DNA of 64,000 bases. Origin: an uncultured Verrucomicrobiae bacterium. GTDB lineage: Bacteria > Verrucomicrobiota > Verrucomicrobiia > Chthoniobacterales > UBA10450. How positions within the stretch are numbered: the stretch's first letter is position 1; the number at the start of each line of letters is the position of its first letter. The stretch is taken from NCBI GenBank assembly GCA_963735805.1, contig CAVTMK010000004.1, positions 672,001 to 736,000 of the forward strand, written 5' to 3'. Shown here in pieces: positions 43,832 to 53,009 of this stretch. The notes below the pieces were generated by a model that was not told where the DNA came from, made no database searches, and worked only from the letters and a program-made list of their open reading frames with translations. Both the position numbers and the translations under genes were made by a program.

Positions 43832-45892
43832 TCAGCGCCGTCGCACTTGCCAGTCTTCGAGCAGGTCGTTGGGAATTTCCTGCAGAAAACGTGAGGGCCG
43901 CTGGAAAACGTCGCCATAGCCTCCGCTTAATCGCATTTGGGGATATGTGAGATAAAGTTCGTCGCATGCACGGGTGATGGCCACATAAAATAGACGCCGC
44001 TCTTCCTCAAGTGCGTCGCGCGCGTCCAGCGAGCGATTACTCGGAAACATTCCGTCAGTCAGCCAGATTACAAAAACCGCGTGAAATTCAAGGCCCTTGG
44101 CCTGGTGCACCGAAGAGAGGTTGACGGATTCTTTGTCGCTTGTTTGAGCTGGTCCGGCCTCGGCATCGACATTGCTGATCAGCGCCAATTGCGAAAGAAA
44201 TTCGTGCACGTCCTTAAACTGGCGGGCAAAGATTGCGAGTTGATTTAAATCTTCGTGGCGAAGTTCGTAGTTTGTGAAATTTGCTTTGGCGTAATCATCG
44301 TAGATGGCTTCAACCACGGATGTGACCATTTCTGATGGCATTTTGGGCTGACCATCTGGAGCTATTTCGTCCAGCGTATGCGCGAGCTGATCCCACGATT
44401 TTTTCGACTTCGCAGGGACGGTCAACGCGCGCAGAGGTTCGCCAAAACTGCAGCCGGGGCCCTTAACCGCGGCCGGCGTTGATCCTTCTTCGGAGCCGCG
44501 GTCGACGCCCGCGCTTACAGCGTTCAGCGAATTTTCCCAGGCGCGCCAAAGATTTTCTGCGGTACGATTACCAATGCCCGGAAGCAATTTCACCATGCGC
44601 TTAAACGCCACTTCATCGCGAGGATTGGCCACGAAACGCACAAACGCGGTCACATCCTTAATATGCGCCTGCTCGAAGAATCGGATGCCGCTGGTGATCT
44701 GATAGGGGATCCCACGCCGGGAAAGCTCCAGTTGCAGCTCGACTGCATGATAATGCGCACGGTAAAGCACGGCGATCTCATTGAGATCGACGCCTTCATC
44801 GCGTAGTTCCAGAATCCGCTGCGCGACAAACTGCGCTTGCTCTCCGCCATCGTTCAGCGCCACCAACGCCGGTTTCAGCGCTTTGGATTCGCGCGTTGCG
44901 CTTAAGTGTTTTCGAAATTGATGAACGTTTGCCGCAATGGCCGCGTTGGCTACCTCCAAAATTTCCGGAACGCTGCGGTAATTCATTTCGATTTTGAACA
45001 CCTGCGCGTCCGGATAACGCTTTGGAAATTCGAGGATGTTTTGAAAGTTCGCGCCGCGCCACGAATAGATCGACTGCGCGTCATCGCCCACGACCATCAC
45101 GTTGCGATGATCGCGGGCAAGAAGATCAACGAGATCAGCCTGGATTTTGTTAGTGTCCTGGTATTCATCGACGAGAATAAACTGAAACTGTCGCCGATAA
45201 ATTTCCGCGATTCGCTCGTGCTGTTGAAACATCGACAATGTTTTTTGCAGCAGGTCGTCAAAATCCATCGAATTCGTGGCTTTCTTCTTTTTCTCGTAGC
45301 GTTCTCGAATGTCTTGAATCTTCTCGAGTAAGGGCAGGAAATACGGAAATTTTCCCGCAAGCAATTCCTCTAACGGATTCTCTGTATTGACAACGAAGCT
45401 GAAGATTTCCGCAAGCACATCGCCTTTCGGAAACCGGATCTCCTTTGGATCAATTCCTGCACTGGCCACCACAGCGCCGATCAAATCCTTTTGATCTTCG
45501 CGGTCCATGATGGTGAATCCGCTCGAATAGCCGAGCGCGCTGCCGTGCCGGCGCAAGATCCGATTTCCTATTGAATGAAACGTGCCACCCCAGAGGCCGC
45601 TGGCATCGATCGGCAGCAAATTGACTACACGACCCAGCATTTCGCGCGCAGCCTTGTTTGTGAATGTAAGCAGCAAAATGTTTCGAGGGTCGATCCCGTT
45701 TTCGAGCAAGTAAGCGACGCGATAGGTAAGAGTGCGGGTCTTCCCCGATCCGGCGCCCGCTATGACAAGGAGCGGACCTGGTGGCGCAGTCACCGCTGCG
45801 AGTTGCTGTTGATTTAGTTCGGCAGCGTAATCGATATGAATCCCGCCGCCCCGGGATGCCGGCGCGCGTTGGAGCGTGTATTGACGAGACAT
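43832..45892 (-). CDS. ATP-dependent DNA helicase, UvrD/PcrA family
   Basis: AGAGSGKT, TFTNKAAREM, VDEYQDTN, VGDD.QSIY.WRGA, NYRS, H.AKGLEF, EERRLFYVAITRA. Confidence 0.95.
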   Translation of the reverse strand: MSRQYTLQRAPASRGGGIHIDYAAELNQQQLAAVTAPPGPLLVIAGAGSGKTRTLTYRVAYLLENGIDPRNILLLTFTNKAAREMLGRVVNLLPIDASGLWGGTFHSIGNRILRRHGSALGYSSGFTIMDREDQKDLIGAVVASAGIDPKEIRFPKGDVLAEIFSFVVNTENPLEELLAGKFPYFLPLLEKIQDIRERYEKKKKATNSMDFDDLLQKTLSMFQQHERIAEIYRRQFQFILVDEYQDTNKIQADLVDLLARDHRNVMVVGDDAQSIYSWRGANFQNILEFPKRYPDAQVFKIEMNYRSVPEILEVANAAIAANVHQFRKHLSATRESKALKPALVALNDGGEQAQFVAQRILELRDEGVDLNEIAVLYRAHYHAVELQLELSRRGIPYQITSGIRFFEQAHIKDVTAFVRFVANPRDEVAFKRMVKLLPGIGNRTAENLWRAWENSLNAVSAGVDRGSEEGSTPAAVKGPGCSFGEPLRALTVPAKSKKSWDQLAHTLDEIAPDGQPKMPSEMVTSVVEAIYDDYAKANFTNYELRHEDLNQLAIFARQFKDVHEFLSQLALISNVDAEAGPAQTSDKESVNLSSVHQAKGLEFHAVFVIWLTDGMFPSNRSLDARDALEEERRLFYVAITRACDELYLTYPQMRLSGGYGDVFQRPSRFLQEIPNDLLEDWQVRRR

Positions 45893-46022
45893 TTCAGTAA
45901 TTGCGGATTTTGGATTGCCGATCGCGGACTGCAAAGAACCGCAGCGATGACAGGTTCGCAAATCCCATCGTCAATTTCGCAAAATTGAATCCAAGCCGAA
46001 GCGGAACTCCTAACAAAAGCCA

Positions 46023-46052
46023 TTGCAAACTGCGGCGGCTGGCATCCATAAT
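46023..46052 (+). promoter_or_regulatory. Putative sigma70-like promoter of the TPR-A2M-pbpC operon
   Basis: TTGCAA-N18-CATAAT ending 9 nt before an in-frame TTG at 46062. Confidence 0.4.
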
Positions 46053-46061
46053 GCCGTCCCC

Positions 46062-47450
46062 TTGCCCCGCCTCGTCACATTCCTATCGTTGCTGTGCATC
46101 ATTCCCGTGGCCACGGGATTCGGCGCGGGCCAGGAAGCTTCGCAATTGCGAAACCAACTGGATGCAGCAAAGGCAGCCGCGGACAAACCTGCGACTATCG
46201 AATTGAGCAGGCGGATTCTCGCGATTACCCCGGAGGATTCCAGCGTCTGGGAGACGCTTGCGCAGACAGAACTGGAAACCGAAGACTGGGATCGTTTGGA
46301 GCAAACGCTCGACGCATGGAAAAAAGCACTCCGGCGTCCACCGGCAACGATTGAAGATTTCCGGGGCGACCTGTCTTTTAGGCGTAAGGACTATCAAAAT
46401 GCCGAGCGGTATTGGCTTGCATTCCTCGCGTCGAAACCGCCACCGGCAGATGCCGCGACCGAGTACGATAGCCTGGCAGATTTATGTGCCGCGCAGGAAC
46501 GCTGGGAGGATCACGCAGCCTATCGGACAAAGGCGGTCGTCGCGAAGGATTCGGCTGCACGCCGGGTTTCCCGGGCAATCGCTTTCCTTCGTCTACACAA
46601 ATGGGACGCGGCTTACACGGACATGACAAAGGCGAACAAGATGGACCCCACCGATTCAGAAGTGAAGGAATGGCTGCCCCAGTTCGAACAGTTACAGCAA
46701 TTCCTGCCGCGCATCAAAGTACTCGACGCGCAGATTGCGAAATCGCCCAGCAATCCGGCAGTCGCGGGACTGTTGCTTGAGCGCGGGCGTATTTTCACTC
46801 TCGCCGGACGGCCCTTGCTTGCCCTCGATGACGCCCAGCGCGCATCGAAGCTTCAGCCCGCGTCGATGCGCGCGCGCATCCAAACCGCCGAGGCTTTGCT
46901 CGACGTGGATCGAGTGGACGACGCGGCAAAATTGGCGGTTGGCAGAGATCTTCGTCGTGGGGAGGACAAACACGTTAGCGAGCAGGCCCTGCGCGACCTC
47001 GGCACGTTGGATGCGCGGCTTTTGGAAAACCCCAACGATTCTGACGCGCTTACGGCGCGCTCGAAAATTCTGAGAGAACTTCGTCAATTCACTCCGGCCT
47101 TGGCTGACGCGCGCGCTGCGCTTGCGATCAATGATAGATTCGCAGACGCGCACTTCGAAGCCGCGCAAGACCTCAGTGGCTTGGGTCAGGAAAAAGAGGC
47201 GCTGGGGGAGGCCCGCATCGCGACCGAGTTGGATCCAAAGGATTCGGCTAAATGGTTCTTCAGGGGTGTGCTCGAAAGACAACGCGCAAATTTCAACGCG
47301 GCGATTGAATCGCAAACTCGTTCCCTTGAAATTAATGAATCTCTGCTGGCGTTAAACGAACGCGAGCAATGCGAACGCCGCATCGGAAAGATAACTGAGG
47401 CCGACGCCGACCTTCGCCGGATTCGAGAATTGGCGCCAGAACACGAATGA
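46062..47450 (+). CDS. Exported tetratricopeptide repeat protein (start uncertain)
   Basis: Signal peptide, multiple A..LDP/L.P TPR-like helical repeats; ATGA overlap with the A2M gene. Confidence 0.8.
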   Translation: MPRLVTFLSLLCIIPVATGFGAGQEASQLRNQLDAAKAAADKPATIELSRRILAITPEDSSVWETLAQTELETEDWDRLEQTLDAWKKALRRPPATIEDFRGDLSFRRKDYQNAERYWLAFLASKPPPADAATEYDSLADLCAAQERWEDHAAYRTKAVVAKDSAARRVSRAIAFLRLHKWDAAYTDMTKANKMDPTDSEVKEWLPQFEQLQQFLPRIKVLDAQIAKSPSNPAVAGLLLERGRIFTLAGRPLLALDDAQRASKLQPASMRARIQTAEALLDVDRVDDAAKLAVGRDLRRGEDKHVSEQALRDLGTLDARLLENPNDSDALTARSKILRELRQFTPALADARAALAINDRFADAHFEAAQDLSGLGQEKEALGEARIATELDPKDSAKWFFRGVLERQRANFNAAIESQTRSLEINESLLALNEREQCERRIGKITEADADLRRIRELAPEHE

Positions 47451-49072
47451 AGCGCCGATTCTGCGCAGCGATCTGGCTTCTTGTAGCCTGCGGGCTCGCT
47501 TTTGATTTGCCGGCTGCGGTGAACGCCCAGGAAGAGCAGGAAGAGGAGACTTCACTGAGCAAACCTGATGCCGGCGGTATCGTGATTGATCCGTCCAGCG
47601 GCGAGATCGCAGAGGGGACGCAGATCACGATCACGTTTCCAGTAGCTATGATCGCGCCTGATTTGATCGATATCGGCGATCAGCCTGCTCCGTTCGTTAG
47701 CGAACCGAAACTTGGTGGTACCTTCCTTTGGAAAAGCCCGACAGAAGGCGTCTTCACCGTCAGCGGCGTCGTCGCCGGCGCGCATCATCGGTTGACGCTG
47801 GTTTCCGGCCTGAAGAACGCGAACGGGAAAGCGTTCATTGTGAAAGATTGGAGCGCCGAATTTACGACGCCAAAGTTTGCGATCACCAGTGATTTTGGTG
47901 AACGGGAGGAGCTATCTGCGCGCCCGCAAATTTATCTGGAGTCCACTTACACCGTTCAACTCGCTGAAGCTGCCGAGCATATCTATTTTCAAGATCGCGA
48001 TTCACGCGAGCGTTTCCCGGTCGAGGTAATTCAAACCGTCGAGGAGAAAAACGCGGGGACGCCGGAAGGGACAGCATTCAGGGTCGCGCCGCGGGAGCCA
48101 CTTCCCGTCGGACGCACGTTCGACCTCATCGTGAATGGCCTGCTCGACGCGAAAAGCCGGCGTCCACTCCGATATTTGCAAGTGATTTCAGTGGGCAAAA
48201 CCGAGCCGCTCAAGGTCGAATGGGTCGGCGCGTTTAATCACGCTCTCGACGTCCCGTCTATTCGGATCAAGTTCAACGACGACATCGATCCGGTGGAAGC
48301 GACGCCGGAACGAATCCGTGTCGAGCCGGCAGTGCAGAAAATGAAACTGCTCGCGAGCGGCAGCGAGGTTGATATCGCCGGCAGCTTTGATGTTACGCAG
48401 CGCTACAAAGTTACGATTTCGCCAAGACTAACCGGCGAGCGTGGTTACGGACTCGCTGCGGAATCGCGCTGGGGCGCAACCTTCCGTCCGAAGGAATCGT
48501 GCCTGGTCTTTCCGTCATCGCAGGTGTTTACGCGCGCCCGCCAGGAGTTGCGCTTTGCGTTCTTCCAGATCAACACGCCGCAGGTGACATGGAAACTGGC
48601 CCACATTCCGCCAGAAAAATTATCGGCAGTCACAGCGCGCATTCGAGAATTTGAAAAGGACGCCACCGATCCCATTACCGGCAAGGTGGTAATTGATCCA
48701 CGCACCGGCTTTACCAAGCAGTTCCAGACCGAATTACTCGTTAGCACATTTCAATTGCCAGTCTCGGCCAGTGGCACATTCGATGCGACGAGCGGTGATA
48801 TCGAAACGCGCCGCGATGTTCATTGCAATGCGCCGACAAACGAAGGCTTCGCGGGCGCCTATCTTTTCGAAGCGAGCGCAGCACTCCCTGACAGACGGAT
48901 TGTCGGGAATCGCTCGATCATTTGCGTCAATGATTACCTGCTGACGCAGAAGCGGACGCCCACAACAGTGATCATGCGTCTGGCGAAAATGTCTGATGCC
49001 AACTCGGTGGCGGGTGTGACCGTACGCGCTGTCACTGAAGAGAACATCGAACTTGCTCGCGCCTGTACCTGA
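47447..49072 (+). CDS. Alpha-2-macroglobulin N-terminal fragment (signal peptide and Ig-like/MG domains)
   Basis: Signal peptide, ITITFP..M...P...P.L.G.F.W Ig-like motif; ends at the frameshift. Confidence 0.65.
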   Translation: MKRRFCAAIWLLVACGLAFDLPAAVNAQEEQEEETSLSKPDAGGIVIDPSSGEIAEGTQITITFPVAMIAPDLIDIGDQPAPFVSEPKLGGTFLWKSPTEGVFTVSGVVAGAHHRLTLVSGLKNANGKAFIVKDWSAEFTTPKFAITSDFGEREELSARPQIYLESTYTVQLAEAAEHIYFQDRDSRERFPVEVIQTVEEKNAGTPEGTAFRVAPREPLPVGRTFDLIVNGLLDAKSRRPLRYLQVISVGKTEPLKVEWVGAFNHALDVPSIRIKFNDDIDPVEATPERIRVEPAVQKMKLLASGSEVDIAGSFDVTQRYKVTISPRLTGERGYGLAAESRWGATFRPKESCLVFPSSQVFTRARQELRFAFFQINTPQVTWKLAHIPPEKLSAVTARIREFEKDATDPITGKVVIDPRTGFTKQFQTELLVSTFQLPVSASGTFDATSGDIETRRDVHCNAPTNEGFAGAYLFEASAALPDRRIVGNRSIICVNDYLLTQKRTPTTVIMRLAKMSDANSVAGVTVRAVTEENIELARACT

Positions 49073-52000
49073 CAAGAACGGCATCGCGCAGTTTTCCAAG
49101 GATTCGGTTTTTCCGAAACGTCGCGATCCCAAGGCGAAGGATACACATCTGTTTATCGCGGACACTTCGACCGGTCCGGCGCTGCAATTTGCCGAAGGCA
49201 CGTCGTACCCATCGGGAAGCGATTACAGCCGTCCCGACAGAAGAGCTCATGCTGAGATCATCACGGACCGCAATCTGTACCGTCCGGGGCAAACTGTGAA
49301 GATGAAGGGATTGGTGCGCGACGTAACCGAATTCAGCGGCCTCATGATTCCTTTCGGGGCCGAAGTGCACTGGGCCATAACCGAATCGGATGGCAGCCGC
49401 GTTGTCGGCCAAGGTGATACAACTCTTTCGCTTTACGGAGGATGGGAGGCGGAATGGAACATCCCGGAAAAAGCAAAGCTCGGAAGTTACGAAATTCGCT
49501 GTCGGCTTGCCGGTCGTGACTACGAAGGCGTGAATACGATCAGCGTTCAGGAATATCGCGTGCCGTTATTTTCGGTCATGGTTGAGGCAACCAGTCCGGA
49601 AGTCGGCCCGACCGCGCATGCTCGAGTGTCTTCCGCGTATTTCCACGGTGCGCCGAATGTCGGCGCGCGTGTTCACTGGAAAGCGACTTGGACCACCTCG
49701 GCGGAGTATGGCCCGGAGGAGGAAGGCTCTTATCGAAAGCGCTTCAACTCTTATGCCGAAGTGGGATCGGCACTTGACGCTAATGCAGAGGAGACAAAAA
49801 CGATTGAAGGTGATGCGAAACTCGACGCGCACGGCATGGCAACGCTCTCGTGCGAGTCACCGTTCAAAGACAATCCTGCAGTTGGCCGCGCCAGCGTGAT
49901 CTGGCGTGTCGATGTGACTTCAGTCGACGGTCAGACGCTCACCGGTGGTGAGATGGGAACGCTCTTCACATCAGACACGCGTCTGGGCGTTCGCGCTAAC
50001 GAACAGGTCGTCGAGCCCGCTGGAGTAAAGGTCGAGATCGATGCTCTCGATCCGGAGGATAAAAAAGTAAACGGCATCATTGTTCAGGCGGATCTGTTTC
50101 ATGTGTCCACAAAGACGGTTAAGGAGCAAATCGCGCCCTTTGTTTATCGTTACCGGAACACCGACGAATTCGCGAAAGTCGCTTCACAGGAATCGAAAAC
50201 GCCTGCCGACTTGATTTTCCCGACTACGGAGACCGGACGATACGTCGTTTCAGTCAGCGCGCCAAAAATCAAAGCGCCACTCGTAAGCGATGAGACGACA
50301 GTCACGGGTGAAAAGCTGGCCGAACTTCCGGTGATTAACGAGACTACGTTCAAGATCGAGCACCAGGCCGAACCCTTTCTGCCGGGCGATAAAGCTGTGT
50401 TTACGATACAAGCGCCATTCGGCGGCGTTGCCTGGGTTTCAGTAGAGACTGATGAAATACTCGACACACTGCTTGTTCCCGTAAAGGGCAACGCAGGTCG
50501 CATCGAATTACCGATCAAAAAGGAATACGCGCCCAATGCGACGGTCTCGATTTATCTCGTTAAACCCGGCGGCGAGAAGGAACTGCCGCGAGAACGCTTC
50601 GCCTATAGCGACATCGAAGTGCGCCGGCCGGATCGCGAATTGAAAATCGAACCGCACATTGCAAACGCCACCGTGAAACCGGGTGAAATGGTGCACGGAG
50701 ATGTGAGCGTAACTTCTGAAAATAAACCGGTTCCTGACGTTGATCTTCTGGTCTTTGCGGTTGATGACGCGGTTCTGACGCTCGGAGACTGGAAGTTGCC
50801 GGCGATTGGCGCGCGATTTTATCCAAAAAATCCTTTCTCCGTGCGCACTTACGAGGCGCTCCGCGGATATATCGATGACCTGGCGAAGCTCAGCCTGACG
50901 CAAAAAGGATTTACGATTGGCGATGGCGGTGAAGAAGCCATCTCAAATACCAAGAATGTCCGTAAAGAATTTCGCACCCTCGCGTATTGGCAGGGGAGTT
51001 TGAAAACCGGCGCTGACGGTAAGCTAACATTTGAATTCGCCGCTCCAGATAACCTGACGACGTATCGGATCGTCGCCGTCGGCCAGACAAAAGCGAACCA
51101 ATTTGGCGGTGATGCGACGCAGACGGTGAAAGTATCGAAACCGCTCCTGATCGATCCGGCGCTGCCGCGTTTTTTGCGCGACGGCGATGAAGTCGAGTTG
51201 CGTGCCGTTGCCAGGGAAAACTTTACGGAGAACGACGAGATCACGATGCGCTGCGTCACGGACGTAAACTTGAAGTTACTCGGGCAGGATAGTGCGGTGC
51301 AGTCCGCCCACCGCGACGCGCCGACGGTGTTCCGATTCAAGGCGAAAGTTGCAGATACCAATCTCACGCCGGCGAAAGTCCGCTTCGAAGCAGTGTCGAA
51401 ATCGAACAACAAAGTGTCCGACACAGTGGAGATCACGCTTCCTGTGCAGCCGCCGACAATCGTGCACAAGGAAAGCATAGCCAGTTCCTTCAAAGGTCCA
51501 CAGTTTGATGCGCGCAGTGTGATGCCCGAGCCATGGAAGCACGGTCGCGGTCAATTCAACGCGACGATTTCGACCTCGCCTTGGCTTTCCCAGATCATCG
51601 GACTCCCGATGATTCTCCAATATCCGCACGGATGTTTCGAACAGATTTCGACGAAGCTCCTGGGCTACAGTCTGCTTGCAAATCTGATGGCGTATTTGCC
51701 TGACTTACAGCAACGCGACCTTGAATATCGCGCCACGCTCGAACGTGGGATGAAGCAATATGCCGATTCGCTGCTCAGTGACGGAATGCTTCCGTACTGG
51801 CCCGGTGGCGGCACTGGCAATGGTTTCGTGAGCTGCCAGGCTCTGTGGTCAGTAAATGAATCTATCAATGCGGGTTTTGAAGCACCTCAGGATTTGCAAG
51901 AGAAACTCGTCGCCGCGGTAACCAAAATCCTGAAAGGCCAGATTCCTGCGTCGCGATTTGAAAAGTGCTTTGCCCTGTTTGTGCTTACGCAATCCGATGA

Positions 52001-53009
52001 TCACGACGATTTTCGGAACGAATCCCAGGAGTTGTATTTGCACCGCAACGATGGCAGCGACGAAGACCGGGCTCTGCTGGCAATCGGATTGCATCAGCAA
52101 AATATCATGGCGCGCGAGCAGCAACAGCTCCTGCGGGAAATCGACACGCCTATTAAAGAGCGTGCCTTTAATCCTGCCACGTTCGCATCCATGACTCGCA
52201 CCGAGGCAATGCGCGCGTTCGCGTTTAATGTCATCTCACCGCCATCCTGGACGAAACAAAGAAAACAACAGGCACGCGAGCGGATGGCGAAGTTAATGGA
52301 CGAAGCGGGTTCGCTTTCGACTCAGGAGAATCTCTGGCTCCTGCTCGCGTTCAAATCGATGCTCGGCACAGAGGCCGTTCCGGAGTTGTCGAACGGGATC
52401 CGGCCGCAGGGCGTTCTTTCAAAGAACAGCCGGTCAATCGCGTGGCTCGATCACAAACTGGGGAGCGATTTGGTCATTAAAGGGCTCAATCACGGAGCGC
52501 TAACGTTTTTGCTCCGGGCAGAGTACTCGACTAACGAAGTCAATACTGACCGCGTGGACCGCGGGTTTCGCATCGAACGCGTGGTCAAAAACCTGACGGA
52601 CATAAACCGCGTCGGCACCTCCGAAGCTCCCTTCAAGTTGGGGGATCAATTACTGATCATCTACCGGTTGAACTCGCGAAAGCTTCAGAATTTCGTAGCG
52701 CTCGAAGACGAGTTGCCGGCCGGGCTGGAAGTGGTGAATCCAAATCTCGCGTTGGTTGCGAAGTTCTACCAGCTTCCGCCGCCCGATCCGCAGGATCGAG
52801 TACTTAGCTTGTCCTACTCTGAGATGCGCGATCGATCTGCGCTCCTTTATTTTGACGCAGTCGATCCAGGCTCGGGCACATATTCGGTTCTGGCTCGCGC
52901 AACTGCTGCAGGTGCGTTCCGCTGGCCTGCTACCCAAGTCGCGCCGATGTACGACAGCCGTTTCTCTGGGCTGTCGCCCTCAAGTTTATGCGTTATCTCC
53001 AGCGATTGA
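49053..53009 (+). CDS. Alpha-2-macroglobulin C-terminal fragment (MG2, thioester and RBD domains)
   Basis: ITDRNLYRPGQTV, AVDDAVL.L, RKEF..LAYW, PDNLTTYRI, LPRFLR.GD, YPHGCFEQ thioester motif, D.LPAGLE, PMY. Confidence 0.85.
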   Translation: MLAPVPDKNGIAQFSKDSVFPKRRDPKAKDTHLFIADTSTGPALQFAEGTSYPSGSDYSRPDRRAHAEIITDRNLYRPGQTVKMKGLVRDVTEFSGLMIPFGAEVHWAITESDGSRVVGQGDTTLSLYGGWEAEWNIPEKAKLGSYEIRCRLAGRDYEGVNTISVQEYRVPLFSVMVEATSPEVGPTAHARVSSAYFHGAPNVGARVHWKATWTTSAEYGPEEEGSYRKRFNSYAEVGSALDANAEETKTIEGDAKLDAHGMATLSCESPFKDNPAVGRASVIWRVDVTSVDGQTLTGGEMGTLFTSDTRLGVRANEQVVEPAGVKVEIDALDPEDKKVNGIIVQADLFHVSTKTVKEQIAPFVYRYRNTDEFAKVASQESKTPADLIFPTTETGRYVVSVSAPKIKAPLVSDETTVTGEKLAELPVINETTFKIEHQAEPFLPGDKAVFTIQAPFGGVAWVSVETDEILDTLLVPVKGNAGRIELPIKKEYAPNATVSIYLVKPGGEKELPRERFAYSDIEVRRPDRELKIEPHIANATVKPGEMVHGDVSVTSENKPVPDVDLLVFAVDDAVLTLGDWKLPAIGARFYPKNPFSVRTYEALRGYIDDLAKLSLTQKGFTIGDGGEEAISNTKNVRKEFRTLAYWQGSLKTGADGKLTFEFAAPDNLTTYRIVAVGQTKANQFGGDATQTVKVSKPLLIDPALPRFLRDGDEVELRAVARENFTENDEITMRCVTDVNLKLLGQDSAVQSAHRDAPTVFRFKAKVADTNLTPAKVRFEAVSKSNNKVSDTVEITLPVQPPTIVHKESIASSFKGPQFDARSVMPEPWKHGRGQFNATISTSPWLSQIIGLPMILQYPHGCFEQISTKLLGYSLLANLMAYLPDLQQRDLEYRATLERGMKQYADSLLSDGMLPYWPGGGTGNGFVSCQALWSVNESINAGFEAPQDLQEKLVAAVTKILKGQIPASRFEKCFALFVLTQSDDHDDFRNESQELYLHRNDGSDEDRALLAIGLHQQNIMAREQQQLLREIDTPIKERAFNPATFASMTRTEAMRAFAFNVISPPSWTKQRKQQARERMAKLMDEAGSLSTQENLWLLLAFKSMLGTEAVPELSNGIRPQGVLSKNSRSIAWLDHKLGSDLVIKGLNHGALTFLLRAEYSTNEVNTDRVDRGFRIERVVKNLTDINRVGTSEAPFKLGDQLLIIYRLNSRKLQNFVALEDELPAGLEVVNPNLALVAKFYQLPPPDPQDRVLSLSYSEMRDRSALLYFDAVDPGSGTYSVLARATAAGAFRWPATQVAPMYDSRFSGLSPSSLCVISSD

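Larger units (their letters stand above)
47447..53009 (+). pseudogene. Bacterial alpha-2-macroglobulin gene split by a single-base frameshift near 49070 (real lesion or assembly error)
   Basis: ORF 47447-49072 ends ELARACT* and frame +1 continues DKNGIAQF; removing one base gives one continuous A2M ORF. Confidence 0.75.
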
